This document shows positions 19,558-27,900 of a stretch of 64,000 nucleotides of DNA, in pieces. The translations under genes were made by a program, and so were the position numbers. Within the stretch, counting starts at the first letter, position 1. The number at the start of each line of letters is the position of its first letter. The notes beneath the pieces are model-generated. The model saw nothing but the letters and a program-made list of their open reading frames with translations, was not told the DNA's origin and did not search any database. The stretch spans positions 1 to 64,000 of the IMG/VR virus record IMGVR_UViG_3300043570_003132; one strand, written 5' to 3'. The DNA comes from an uncultured virus (IMG/VR IMGVR_UViG_3300043570_003132) (taxonomy: Duplodnaviria > Heunggongvirae > Uroviricota > Caudoviricetes).

Positions 19558-21093
19558 TTAGAGTTGTAGACATCTATTTGAATAATATCCACAAGCACCT
19601 GTTGCCGAACAAACTTCATACATCTTATCACATCCACCAGACCCTACTCCAATTGAATTACATGGTGCACAATATGAATTGTGTTCTACTGCGATATATG
19701 ATGATACGGTTGCAGAATCACCATCTGTTATGGTTAGGAAAATATGTTCGTCTTGTACACCTATTATATATCCACTTAATACTTCGGTTTCGTCTTGTAT
19801 AGATATCACAGTTTTTTCATTAAATGAAATAGTATCATAATTACCAACATTTATTAATAATAATATATCCCCTATTTGTAAATTTGATGTAGTTTGTGTG
19901 TTTATATCTTCCCCAATTGTTGCCCACATAACATTGTTATTTCTTTTTATTAAATAAACAGAATTTGATGTATCTTTCCAATTTGTTTCGTCACTAAAGT
20001 TTAGTGTTGTTAATTTAACTGAAACATCAATTCTTTTTTTAAATGTTATTACATTGGTACTAAATGATGAATTTGAAAGAAGTTCATTATAATCAACGTT
20101 ATATGTCCTCAATTCGTTGGCCTCAGTTATGTTAGGTTGATTTTCATATAGTCTAATTGTTTTAACAGTATCACCAACCTGTAAATCTTGCCCTGTTTTA
20201 AAACTACCATCTGCCATTACAACTAAATCCGTATCAAGTAATTTAGGTTTCACCAACCTTTGTGTCCCTGTTAAGTATCCGTTTCTATCTACATTAGAAA
20301 TTTGATGTGTTAGACTATCATATGAGTTGTCATTTAATTCTTGCATAACCTTTAAATTACCATATTTTTTGTATGCACAGATAGGAATCGATTCTAATGT
20401 TGGTGGGTATAAGATATTTAAGGAACGAATAATTGTAATACGTCCTTCGTTTAATTTTTCCTCATTAAACAAATATTCCATTAAGAAATAATCTTCATTT
20501 ACATTATTTGTAATAACTTCATTTAATTCTTCAATATTTGAAACTTTAAAAAATTTTGGGTATACTTCCCTATCATATATTGGAAATCTTGCTTTTAAAA
20601 TAAAGTTTGGGTGTATACCATTATTAGGTATGGTCGTTATATTTGATATAACTTGTGAAGTTTCATCCATATATGCAAACTTAAACCCAAAATTTTCATT
20701 CTGAAACAGTTTTAAAAAATTTACTTTATCTTTGCAGTAAGTTTCGTCAACGATTGCTGAAACATCGTAGGCACTTCTTACAATTAAGTGATTATCACTA
20801 TCTTCAATATATGGAATTGTAATACCCCCTAAAGTTTCAATAAATTCATATTCTACCCCCAAATTAACACAAGCCTCATTAAATTTTTCACTTACTTGTG
20901 GAATTCCACCGATAAATGTGACCTTTACAAAATTGTTGTTTGATACAAAGCTTATAAATTGTGTCAAATTTATGGCCCCCTCAGTCTCAGCCGCTAATCT
21001 CACATCCCAACCAATATTGGTGTTTATCTCAATTGGTCTTAAATCACCATTTGAATTGTATGCAAAATCTGTCCCTAATAGCAATGTTCTCAT
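19558..21093 (-). CDS. Circularly permuted ATP-grasp-like domain + Hint domain + C-terminal 39-aa six-Cys peptide
   Basis: GTDF...GDLRPIEINTN at N-terminus, then FILKARFP, FLMEYL, IIRS; Hint start KLLDTDLVVMADGSFKTGQDLQVGDTV; Hint end YIAVEHN followed by SYCAPC...RCLQL. Confidence 0.75.
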   Translation of the reverse strand: MRTLLLGTDFAYNSNGDLRPIEINTNIGWDVRLAAETEGAINLTQFISFVSNNNFVKVTFIGGIPQVSEKFNEACVNLGVEYEFIETLGGITIPYIEDSDNHLIVRSAYDVSAIVDETYCKDKVNFLKLFQNENFGFKFAYMDETSQVISNITTIPNNGIHPNFILKARFPIYDREVYPKFFKVSNIEELNEVITNNVNEDYFLMEYLFNEEKLNEGRITIIRSLNILYPPTLESIPICAYKKYGNLKVMQELNDNSYDSLTHQISNVDRNGYLTGTQRLVKPKLLDTDLVVMADGSFKTGQDLQVGDTVKTIRLYENQPNITEANELRTYNVDYNELLSNSSFSTNVITFKKRIDVSVKLTTLNFSDETNWKDTSNSVYLIKRNNNVMWATIGEDINTQTTSNLQIGDILLLINVGNYDTISFNEKTVISIQDETEVLSGYIIGVQDEHIFLTITDGDSATVSSYIAVEHNSYCAPCNSIGVGSGGCDKMYEVCSATGACGYYSNRCLQL

Positions 21094-21143
21094 ATGTTTT
21101 GTTTATACTTTTTTATAAATGATATATCGATTATTTTTATTTA

Positions 21144-21172
21144 AATATACAAATAATTATTCAATTTATCAA
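21144..21172 (-). promoter_or_regulatory. Sigma70-like promoter TTGATA-N17-TATATT upstream of Hint gene
   Basis: Minus-strand ttgataaattgaataattatttgtatatt. Confidence 0.5.
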
Positions 21173-21198
21173 ATCTATTTTACTTTATCTATAAATAG

Positions 21199-21419
21199 TT
21201 AATTTTTCTCTTTTAGTTCATATTTTATTCATTTATACCAAATTATCTCATATATATAGTATTAAGTGGGGTTTACATACTAATTTCACAACCTTTTTTT
21301 GGGGGGGTCTCAATCTTAATAGATCCACTTTATCCACCATATTGTTAAGAATTAGGTTAAAATACTTATAAGACGATATAAAATAGTTTTGAATATATGT
21401 CTATTTTTTATACCGTCAT
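21199..21419 (-). pseudogene. Decayed copy of the DUF2061-like gene at 23134-23361
   Basis: Aligns by eye over its length (caatcttaat.gatccactt..ccaccatatt.ttaagaa; tacttataa.acgatat; catttataccaaatt) with internal stops and frameshifts. Confidence 0.8.
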
Positions 21420-21895
21420 AATAATCTTTTATTCTTTGTGATCCAAATGGCCATAATTTCTCTACAACCCGATGTTATTTCTTTAACCTCATGTTGTTCG
21501 GTTTGACCATTAAAGTTAACTAAATCTCCCTTTTTAAAATTTACCAATTCATTATTAACATATAATTCACCTCCTTCAAAACTATCGTTTAACATAATCA
21601 AATACGTTTTACTTGACTTTACATCTATATGATTTCTAGCATAATAACCTGTCTCATATTTAATATAATGTAATGAATATATAACCTCATCTTCCTCCAA
21701 TTTTATATATTTTATTATAGTACTAACTAATATTTGATTACTTAAATCACAATAAAATATTTCTTTTAAATGAACTATTTTCTCAAAAGACTTACCATGA
21801 TATGATATTACATCATTATTTTGATTACCAAAATTATAATATTTTAATATTATATCAATATCGTCTTGACTTATATAATTTTTAAAAATATTCAT
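21416..21895 (-). CDS. 2OG-Fe(II) oxygenase
   Basis: NHID, LNDSFEGGEL, HEVKEITSGCRE. Confidence 0.85.
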   Translation of the reverse strand: MNIFKNYISQDDIDIILKYYNFGNQNNDVISYHGKSFEKIVHLKEIFYCDLSNQILVSTIIKYIKLEEDEVIYSLHYIKYETGYYARNHIDVKSSKTYLIMLNDSFEGGELYVNNELVNFKKGDLVNFNGQTEQHEVKEITSGCREIMAIWITKNKRLL

Positions 21896-21898
21896 TTA

Positions 21899-22459
21899 TT
21901 AAATTAAATTTAATTTTTGAATTATTTGACTTTTTTCAATTGGCATCACAATAGACCATCTTTCCCCATTTGTAATTTCTTTTATTTCGTGCCATATTCT
22001 ACAATGATATCCCAACGCCGTACCAGGTTCTTTATTTATTATAATCTCGTTACCGGAATCATCCCACGTAATGTATTCACCACCATCATAGTCATCATTC
22101 AATTGTATCCCTAAATTATATCTTCTTTCTTCGTATCCTTTAATTAAATCTATATGCTTTGTAAAATGGTCGCCAATTGTATATCTATGCAAAGTACATA
22201 TAAGTGTTTTAAAAGTTTTGTCAATTTTAACTTCACTAACTTCACTAAACCAATTAATTAATTTATCATAAAACCAATTGGTTTCATTATTATTTAATAT
22301 GGTGTACACTTCATATGACATTAAATTTTGATTACTTTTTATTCTCTGTCCATCGATAAGTTTTGACGGAAACCAACCTTCTAATTCTGTATATTTTTTG
22401 TGGTATTGTATTATAGTTTGACATTCCTCTTTTGTAAATATTTTTTCTTGGTAAATCAT
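21899..22459 (-). CDS. 2OG-Fe(II) oxygenase
   Basis: KHID, LNDDYDGGE, HEIKEITNGERWSIV. Confidence 0.85.
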   Translation of the reverse strand: MIYQEKIFTKEECQTIIQYHKKYTELEGWFPSKLIDGQRIKSNQNLMSYEVYTILNNNETNWFYDKLINWFSEVSEVKIDKTFKTLICTLHRYTIGDHFTKHIDLIKGYEERRYNLGIQLNDDYDGGEYITWDDSGNEIIINKEPGTALGYHCRIWHEIKEITNGERWSIVMPIEKSQIIQKLNLI

Positions 22460-22477
22460 ACATACTACTTTAATTTA

Positions 22478-22506
22478 AATATACAATAATTTTTTGTAAT
22501 TACCAA
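22478..22506 (-). promoter_or_regulatory. Sigma70-like promoter TTGGTA-N17-TATATT
   Basis: Minus-strand ttggtaattacaaaaaattattgtatatt. Confidence 0.5.
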
Positions 22507-23066
22507 TTCTTTCCATTATAATGTGGTTCTATCATTAGTTTAAGCCACTTCTCCTCTTCACTAATCAATTTTTCTAATTGAATAGAGTGTTCGTGTGGTA
22601 AGGTACTTAATGCCGTTTCTATGGAATTGTATTTAGTTGGTAGTTTAAATTCATATTGGGTCGGTGACCATTGTAATTTGGAATCAGTTGGAGTAAGTTG
22701 AGACAGATCTCGAAGTTTATAAAATGAAAATCCTAACTTTTTATGTAATGGATAAAGTTTTTTATATAGATACGGATACCAATGTACGGAACCACCTTCT
22801 ATCATATTGGTTACAATATCAATTACGTCCAATTGAGGTTTGAATGATAAATCAGTTACTGTACCAGATAGAAAATGTTCCATTATAGGTCTATATATAA
22901 AAGTAGTACCACTATGTATATGTTTCTCTAAATCAGTTATGTCAAATCCAAAAGTATCTATACGATTTTTCACATCTAACCCCTCTAACCAACGGGTACC
23001 ACATTTTAAAGGTGCGATTATATCTAATCCGTTTTTATATATACAACGTTTAAGTCTAATTTTCAT
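22500..23066 (-). CDS. Hypothetical protein, possibly sulfotransferase-like
   Basis: APLKCGTRWL and FIYRPIMEHFLSG resemble degenerate 5'- and 3'-PAPS-binding motifs. Confidence 0.5.
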   Translation of the reverse strand: MKIRLKRCIYKNGLDIIAPLKCGTRWLEGLDVKNRIDTFGFDITDLEKHIHSGTTFIYRPIMEHFLSGTVTDLSFKPQLDVIDIVTNMIEGGSVHWYPYLYKKLYPLHKKLGFSFYKLRDLSQLTPTDSKLQWSPTQYEFKLPTKYNSIETALSTLPHEHSIQLEKLISEEEKWLKLMIEPHYNGKNW

Positions 23067-23133
23067 TATAGGTTAGTTACAGTATAATACTTTTATTTGT
23101 AATTCCCCCCACCATTTCTTTATACCATTATAA

Positions 23134-23361
23134 CTATGTTTTGGATTTTTTGAAATCTTTTAATCCAAATTTTATCCATTTATACCAAATTCTTTCGTGA
23201 ATATAGTATTGGATGGGTTTATATATTAATTCTACTACCCCAAAAGCCGTTCCAATCTTAATTGATCCACTTACCCACCATATTATTAAGAACCCAATAA
23301 GGGTACTTATAATACGATATGATATGGTTTTAGCGATGTGTCTCTTCCTTTCTACTATCAT
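23134..23361 (-). CDS. DUF2061-like small membrane protein
   Basis: RHIAKTISYRIIST...YYIHERIW. Confidence 0.8.
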   Translation of the reverse strand: MIVERKRHIAKTISYRIISTLIGFLIIWWVSGSIKIGTAFGVVELIYKPIQYYIHERIWYKWIKFGLKDFKKSKT

Positions 23362-23909
23362 AATAATGTTTTAGATTTTTTGGAATTGTTTTTATCAATA
23401 ACTTTCCAATCAATTAATAAATGAATTCTATCAGTTTCTCCATTATTGATAACCGAATGTGGTTTATCACTATTATTTATTTCCCAAATCTCACCTTGTT
23501 TCATATTAATCTCTTCACCATCAACTTCAAATATGCACATATCGTTGGTTACAATTGGAATGTGTATTCTGTTTCTAGAATCAAAATATATATGTGCATC
23601 GGTATGTGGTTTTATTTTTTTAGATTTTGGTAAATTTATTAGAATTGCAGTTTCAATATGACCTTCTCCTATTTTTGTTGTTAAAATATCACCGATACTA
23701 TCCAAATCATTTTTAAAAATATTATAATCTTTCCAATATTTTAATTGTGTTTTTTCGTTATCCCATAAAATCGGAATTGTAAATGTTTCCGCGTGGACAT
23801 GATACGATTCTTGTCTAAATGTAAATTCATTCCAATCTAAATCTTTTAGATGATTTGATATATTGCTAACATCATATCTTTCGTAATATTTAAAATTAAA
23901 ATCTATCAT
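23358..23909 (-). CDS. Aspartyl/asparaginyl beta-hydroxylase-like oxygenase
   Basis: IKPHTD, RIHIPIVTN, GEIWEINN, HSVINNGETDRIHLLID. Confidence 0.85.
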   Translation of the reverse strand: MIDFNFKYYERYDVSNISNHLKDLDWNEFTFRQESYHVHAETFTIPILWDNEKTQLKYWKDYNIFKNDLDSIGDILTTKIGEGHIETAILINLPKSKKIKPHTDAHIYFDSRNRIHIPIVTNDMCIFEVDGEEINMKQGEIWEINNSDKPHSVINNGETDRIHLLIDWKVIDKNNSKKSKTLL

Positions 23910-24292
23910 TTATCATTCATATTAGGATATTCGATAATATCTCCGTTAGAGTCAATATACCCGTTTCTGATACTTGTACCACTAATTTTAGCAACATCTT
24001 CAGGTGGTTCGTGGTAAATAACATCATACCCAACCCCTCTACCATAATTGATACTTTCAATATCGGGAATAATAGATATATTAATTTTATGTGAATTTTC
24101 CTTAAAAAACGGTTCGTCCGCCAAATCCATCATAACCTGTTGAGCGGTTTTTGGGTTATTCTCATCTGTCTCCACATTTCTAATGGCTACCCACACATTC
24201 TTTCCTTTCTCTAATTGTTGATTAAGTAACCACTCGTGACCCTTGTGCCAATTCTGCCATCTGCCCACATACATCGCATATTTTTTATTCAT
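23906..24292 (-). CDS. HxGH nucleotidyltransferase (cytidylyltransferase-like)
   Basis: GRWQNWHKGH, ISGTSIR. Confidence 0.8.
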   Translation of the reverse strand: MNKKYAMYVGRWQNWHKGHEWLLNQQLEKGKNVWVAIRNVETDENNPKTAQQVMMDLADEPFFKENSHKINISIIPDIESINYGRGVGYDVIYHEPPEDVAKISGTSIRNGYIDSNGDIIEYPNMNDK

Positions 24293-24726
24293 AGTGTTAA
24301 TTTTTTTAATATTTCATAATAAGAATCTACTTCGGTTTTACCTGTTGTATCCAAATCTATAAAGTTTTCGGTCGGTGGTTCGTAGTTCTCCACATGAAAC
24401 TGATTTCTACCTCTATCCTCTGTCGTGTGTACATAAACCTCAATAACGTCTTCTCTATTCTTAAAGTCCTCCCTTTGGTCTTTATATGGTGAAACTAAGG
24501 ATACCAAGACCGTAAACCCCTTTTTATTCAAAAATTGAGCAATGTCTTGTGCTCTTTCAATATTTTTTCTCCTTCCCACCTCAGAATAGTCCTTATTTTG
24601 GAAGATATCCCTCAAATCGTCACCATCTATAATAATAGTGTTCTCCTTACCAAAATGGGTTAGGAGGTTGTTTACTAACGTAGTCTTACCTGATGCGGGT
24701 TGTCCGGTGAACCAATATATTGACAT
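24289..24726 (-). CDS. cysC: Adenylylsulfate (APS) kinase
   Basis: WFTGQPASGKTT P-loop, IDGDDLR, YSEVGRRKNI, LVSPY, YEPP. Confidence 0.88.
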   Translation of the reverse strand: MSIYWFTGQPASGKTTLVNNLLTHFGKENTIIIDGDDLRDIFQNKDYSEVGRRKNIERAQDIAQFLNKKGFTVLVSLVSPYKDQREDFKNREDVIEVYVHTTEDRGRNQFHVENYEPPTENFIDLDTTGKTEVDSYYEILKKLTL

Positions 24727-24734
24727 AATACTAT

Positions 24735-24763
24735 AATATAAAGAAAGTTTTTTAAAAAACCAA
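24735..24763 (-). promoter_or_regulatory. Sigma70-like promoter TTGGTT-N17-TATATT
   Basis: Minus-strand ttggttttttaaaaaactttctttatatt directly before cysC ATG. Confidence 0.55.
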
Positions 24764-24764
24764 A

Positions 24765-24881
24765 TTAATGGTTATAGATAAATGGATCTCTTTTACGTAA
24801 TTCTTCTAATTTCTTTTTAAATTCCTTCTTTCTCTTTTTGTCGGCAAAGTATTTCTTTACCCAATTGATTAGTTTTTTCAT
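24765..24881 (-). CDS. Unannotated 38-aa basic protein ending RDPFIYNH
   Basis: MKKLINWVKKYFADKKRKKEFKKKLEELRKRDPFIYNH*; starts 3 nt after the carbamoyltransferase stop. Confidence 0.7.
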   Translation of the reverse strand: MKKLINWVKKYFADKKRKKEFKKKLEELRKRDPFIYNH

Positions 24882-24884
24882 ATT

Positions 24885-26552
24885 TTAATTTTTATACATA
24901 ACATAATTACCCATTACTAATATATCCATATCAGTATCAAAGAAAGTATCGACAGCATCTTTTGGCGTTAATACCATTGTTTTATCTTTAACATTGAATG
25001 AGGTATTCAGTAAAATTGGATAACCACTTAATTTTTCAAATTCCCTTAATAAATCATGAATTACGGTGTATTTGTAAACTGTTTGAACTCTTGCACTACC
25101 ATCTACGTGTGTAACCGCCAGTAGTTTATCACGATATTCTTCCTTTACTTTAACAACTTGATTCATATATGGAACATCGTCTGTCATCTCAAAGAATTGA
25201 TCTTGTTTCTCTTTGGTTACCATTGGGGCAAATGGTCTAAAACCTTCTCTTTTCTTAATCACCTTATTAATTCTATCTTTCATATTAGGTAATGTTGGAT
25301 TTGCTAATATTGATCTATTACCTAACGCCCTTGATCCAAATTCTATATGACCATTAAACCATCCAACAACTTTACCTTCAAATAATTTTTGTGCAATATG
25401 TGTTCTTAATTTATTTTCAGATTCAAACTTTTTAAAGTTCTTGGTACCAATTGCATGTCTAATATCATCTAAATAATATTCGGGACCTAAAAATGGATTT
25501 CTTGTAATTTTACTTCTTACTTTACGTTCTTTAACCAAATAATGAACCACAGCACCTATTGCCGACCCTGCGTCAGATGGTGCAGGTGGAATCCAAAGGT
25601 GTGTAAAATGTGATTTGTCTATAATCTTGCCATTCGCCGTTCCATTATATGCACATCCACCACTTAATGTTAAGTTTGAACTTTTACTTACGTGTCTAAT
25701 TGATTTGATAATTTCAAATAATACCTCTTCGTATCTTAATTGAACCGCTGCCGCCAAATCTTTGTGTGTTTGTTCCAATGTTTCTTCCGGTAATCTTTGT
25801 GGGACGCTTAATAGTTCCGCAAGTTTTTCGTTGAACATGGATTTATCGGTCTTATTCCAACAAAATACATCCATATTACACACCAACTTACCACTTTTAA
25901 ATGAAATCAAATCACGTACCTCTTTAATATACTTTTGAGGGTCACCATAGGACGCCAATCCCATTACCTTATACTCACCTTCGTTCGGTCTAAACCCTAA
26001 ATAAGAGGTTAATGCGGAGTAATAAAGACCCATTGAATGTGGATACTTTGCAACTGAACTGTACTTAATTCCATTGTAATCGGCAACCCCTAACGACACC
26101 GTATCAATTTCACCTACACCGTCAACGGATAAACAAGTAGATTCCTCAAAATGAGACGTATAATGTGCATAATACTGATGAGCCTCGTGATGTGTTGAAT
26201 AAAATACCGTGGGACAAATCTCTTTTAATTTCTTATCAATTTCTTTTATGTTATTACGTATTTTCAAATACGACTTTAACGAATATATGGGATTCTTAAA
26301 CCATTGAGGTTTGATGTTTTTCATTACTCTTTGATACTTTAATTGGGGATCTTCGTAATAACAAACCGCCTGTAAGTTCTTAGGTGTAATCTTATATTGT
26401 TTATAGATATATTCCAACGCTTTGGTTGGAAACGAATCATCATGTTTAATACCTGTGAATTTTTCTTCCTCGCAAGCAAATATTAATTGGTTATCTCTGA
26501 ATAAACAAACAGAGGAGTCATGATAAAATGCTGAAATTCCTATAATATACAT
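24885..26552 (-). CDS. O-carbamoyltransferase (NodU/CmcH family)
   Basis: GISAFYHDSS, HHEAH, DGVGE, EYKVMGLASYG, SGGCAYN, DAGSAIGA, EFGSRALGNRSILA, HVDGSARVQTV, LLNTSFN. Confidence 0.95.
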   Translation of the reverse strand: MYIIGISAFYHDSSVCLFRDNQLIFACEEEKFTGIKHDDSFPTKALEYIYKQYKITPKNLQAVCYYEDPQLKYQRVMKNIKPQWFKNPIYSLKSYLKIRNNIKEIDKKLKEICPTVFYSTHHEAHQYYAHYTSHFEESTCLSVDGVGEIDTVSLGVADYNGIKYSSVAKYPHSMGLYYSALTSYLGFRPNEGEYKVMGLASYGDPQKYIKEVRDLISFKSGKLVCNMDVFCWNKTDKSMFNEKLAELLSVPQRLPEETLEQTHKDLAAAVQLRYEEVLFEIIKSIRHVSKSSNLTLSGGCAYNGTANGKIIDKSHFTHLWIPPAPSDAGSAIGAVVHYLVKERKVRSKITRNPFLGPEYYLDDIRHAIGTKNFKKFESENKLRTHIAQKLFEGKVVGWFNGHIEFGSRALGNRSILANPTLPNMKDRINKVIKKREGFRPFAPMVTKEKQDQFFEMTDDVPYMNQVVKVKEEYRDKLLAVTHVDGSARVQTVYKYTVIHDLLREFEKLSGYPILLNTSFNVKDKTMVLTPKDAVDTFFDTDMDILVMGNYVMYKN

Positions 26553-26555
26553 TCT

Positions 26556-27302
26556 CTACTTTTTAAATAAAACCTTTTTTAATAATTCTGGTTCAATATA
26601 TTTTATTGGGTAATGGACACCTAATGGGTTTGGTGAATAAACGTCTTCCATACTAAACCGTTTAGCGGTTTCAATATCTGCAACACCTCGACCTTTAAGA
26701 TACTTCACAAAATAAATATCTTCCCAAATAACTTCTTTAATTTTATTCGTTACAGATATTTCTAACATTACATTTCGAGTTCTTAATGATAATCCACCGT
26801 TACCCACATACGACCCTTCTTTGGGTTTTCTCCAAGGTGCTCCGATGTAATCATAATCTAAAAACTCGTCAATTCCACTCCTTAATAATATAGAATCCAG
26901 TTGAAAAGTAAAGACCTTGTCACCTTTTACTGTTTTCCAAAATTCAACATCTCTAAACAAGACATTATATTCTATTTTTGTTAGACTCGGCATTTCTAAA
27001 TTAATAACAATTACCTCTCCCCAATCTTTTACCATATCTTTAATGTGCTCGTGATTATCACACCCACAAAAAATCTGTAATCCCCATTTAATATTGGAAT
27101 CTGTCTCATTAAGATAATACATACAAGTTTTCATAGTGATATATAAATCTTCATGATGTCTCGGTTCAAGTGTCATTGCGTAATGAGTTGTCCCGCTTTT
27201 TATATTTGGGGTATACCACTCCAATTCCTTTTCCATATTTCTAAGATGCTCATTCCATATGGGAATGTTTATCTCGTTATATTTTTTTTCTAAGTTTTCC
27301 AT
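26556..27302 (-). CDS. DUF5672-like GT-A-related protein
   Basis: FQLDSIL, YDYIGAPW, VGNGGLSLR, WEDIYF; start re-called at MENLEK (27302). Confidence 0.75.
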   Translation of the reverse strand: MENLEKKYNEINIPIWNEHLRNMEKELEWYTPNIKSGTTHYAMTLEPRHHEDLYITMKTCMYYLNETDSNIKWGLQIFCGCDNHEHIKDMVKDWGEVIVINLEMPSLTKIEYNVLFRDVEFWKTVKGDKVFTFQLDSILLRSGIDEFLDYDYIGAPWRKPKEGSYVGNGGLSLRTRNVMLEISVTNKIKEVIWEDIYFVKYLKGRGVADIETAKRFSMEDVYSPNPLGVHYPIKYIEPELLKKVLFKK

Positions 27303-27900
27303 ATATGTAATTAGCAATCACTTTATACCCATCTAAATTTGGGTGGTAGTCTCCTTCATAAAAATTCTTCTCATCGTTCCATACACTTCTACTCCCGTAC
27401 TCCCAAACACCGACATCGTTCTTTATTTCATATTCTCGTAATATATCTGAAACGCATCCATCTGGATTTATAAAATACTCTGGTAATTTTTTTGTATCAA
27501 CATCCTCTTCTCTAAACGACGGATAAAAAGAATTAAAGTAAAAATGTTTATATCCCTCCAATAATTCTTCCATTAATAGATATATTTCAACCACATTGTG
27601 AATGTCTTTTGATTTATAACGATATGGATAAGATAACATTATTATAACAACATCATCTTTATCGATAAATCCGTTTTCAATCGTTTCTCTCAAATCTCTT
27701 AAAATATATTCATTACCATAACCACAAACACCTAAATTAATATATTCACATTTTAATTTATCTGAAACCCATCTTGGCCATGAGTTCATGTCTCTTAATT
27801 TTTGTATGAACATGTGGGGAAATGGTTCTTCTTTATATTTTACGTCAGTTTCAACCCCGTGTCCGGCAGTCCAACTGTCACCAAATGTTATTAATCTCAT
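27277..27900 (-). CDS. SGNH-like protein
   Basis: FGDSWTAGHG, NLGVCGYGN, DYHPNLDGY. Confidence 0.75.
   Translation of the reverse strand: MRLITFGDSWTAGHGVETDVKYKEEPFPHMFIQKLRDMNSWPRWVSDKLKCEYINLGVCGYGNEYILRDLRETIENGFIDKDDVVIIMLSYPYRYKSKDIHNVVEIYLLMEELLEGYKHFYFNSFYPSFREEDVDTKKLPEYFINPDGCVSDILREYEIKNDVGVWEYGSRSVWNDEKNFYEGDYHPNLDGYKVIANYIYGKLRKKI

Noticed and set aside
19678..20244. Canonical splicing intein / mobile element
   Set aside because: Position 1 is Lys, no TxxH and no homing endonuclease; only the C-terminal HN/S is intact, so treated as a cleavage-type Hint domain
23070..23150. Possible gene remnant (KHSYNGIKKWW, resembling PHYNGKNW at the end of 22500-23066)
   Set aside because: Too short to distinguish from chance
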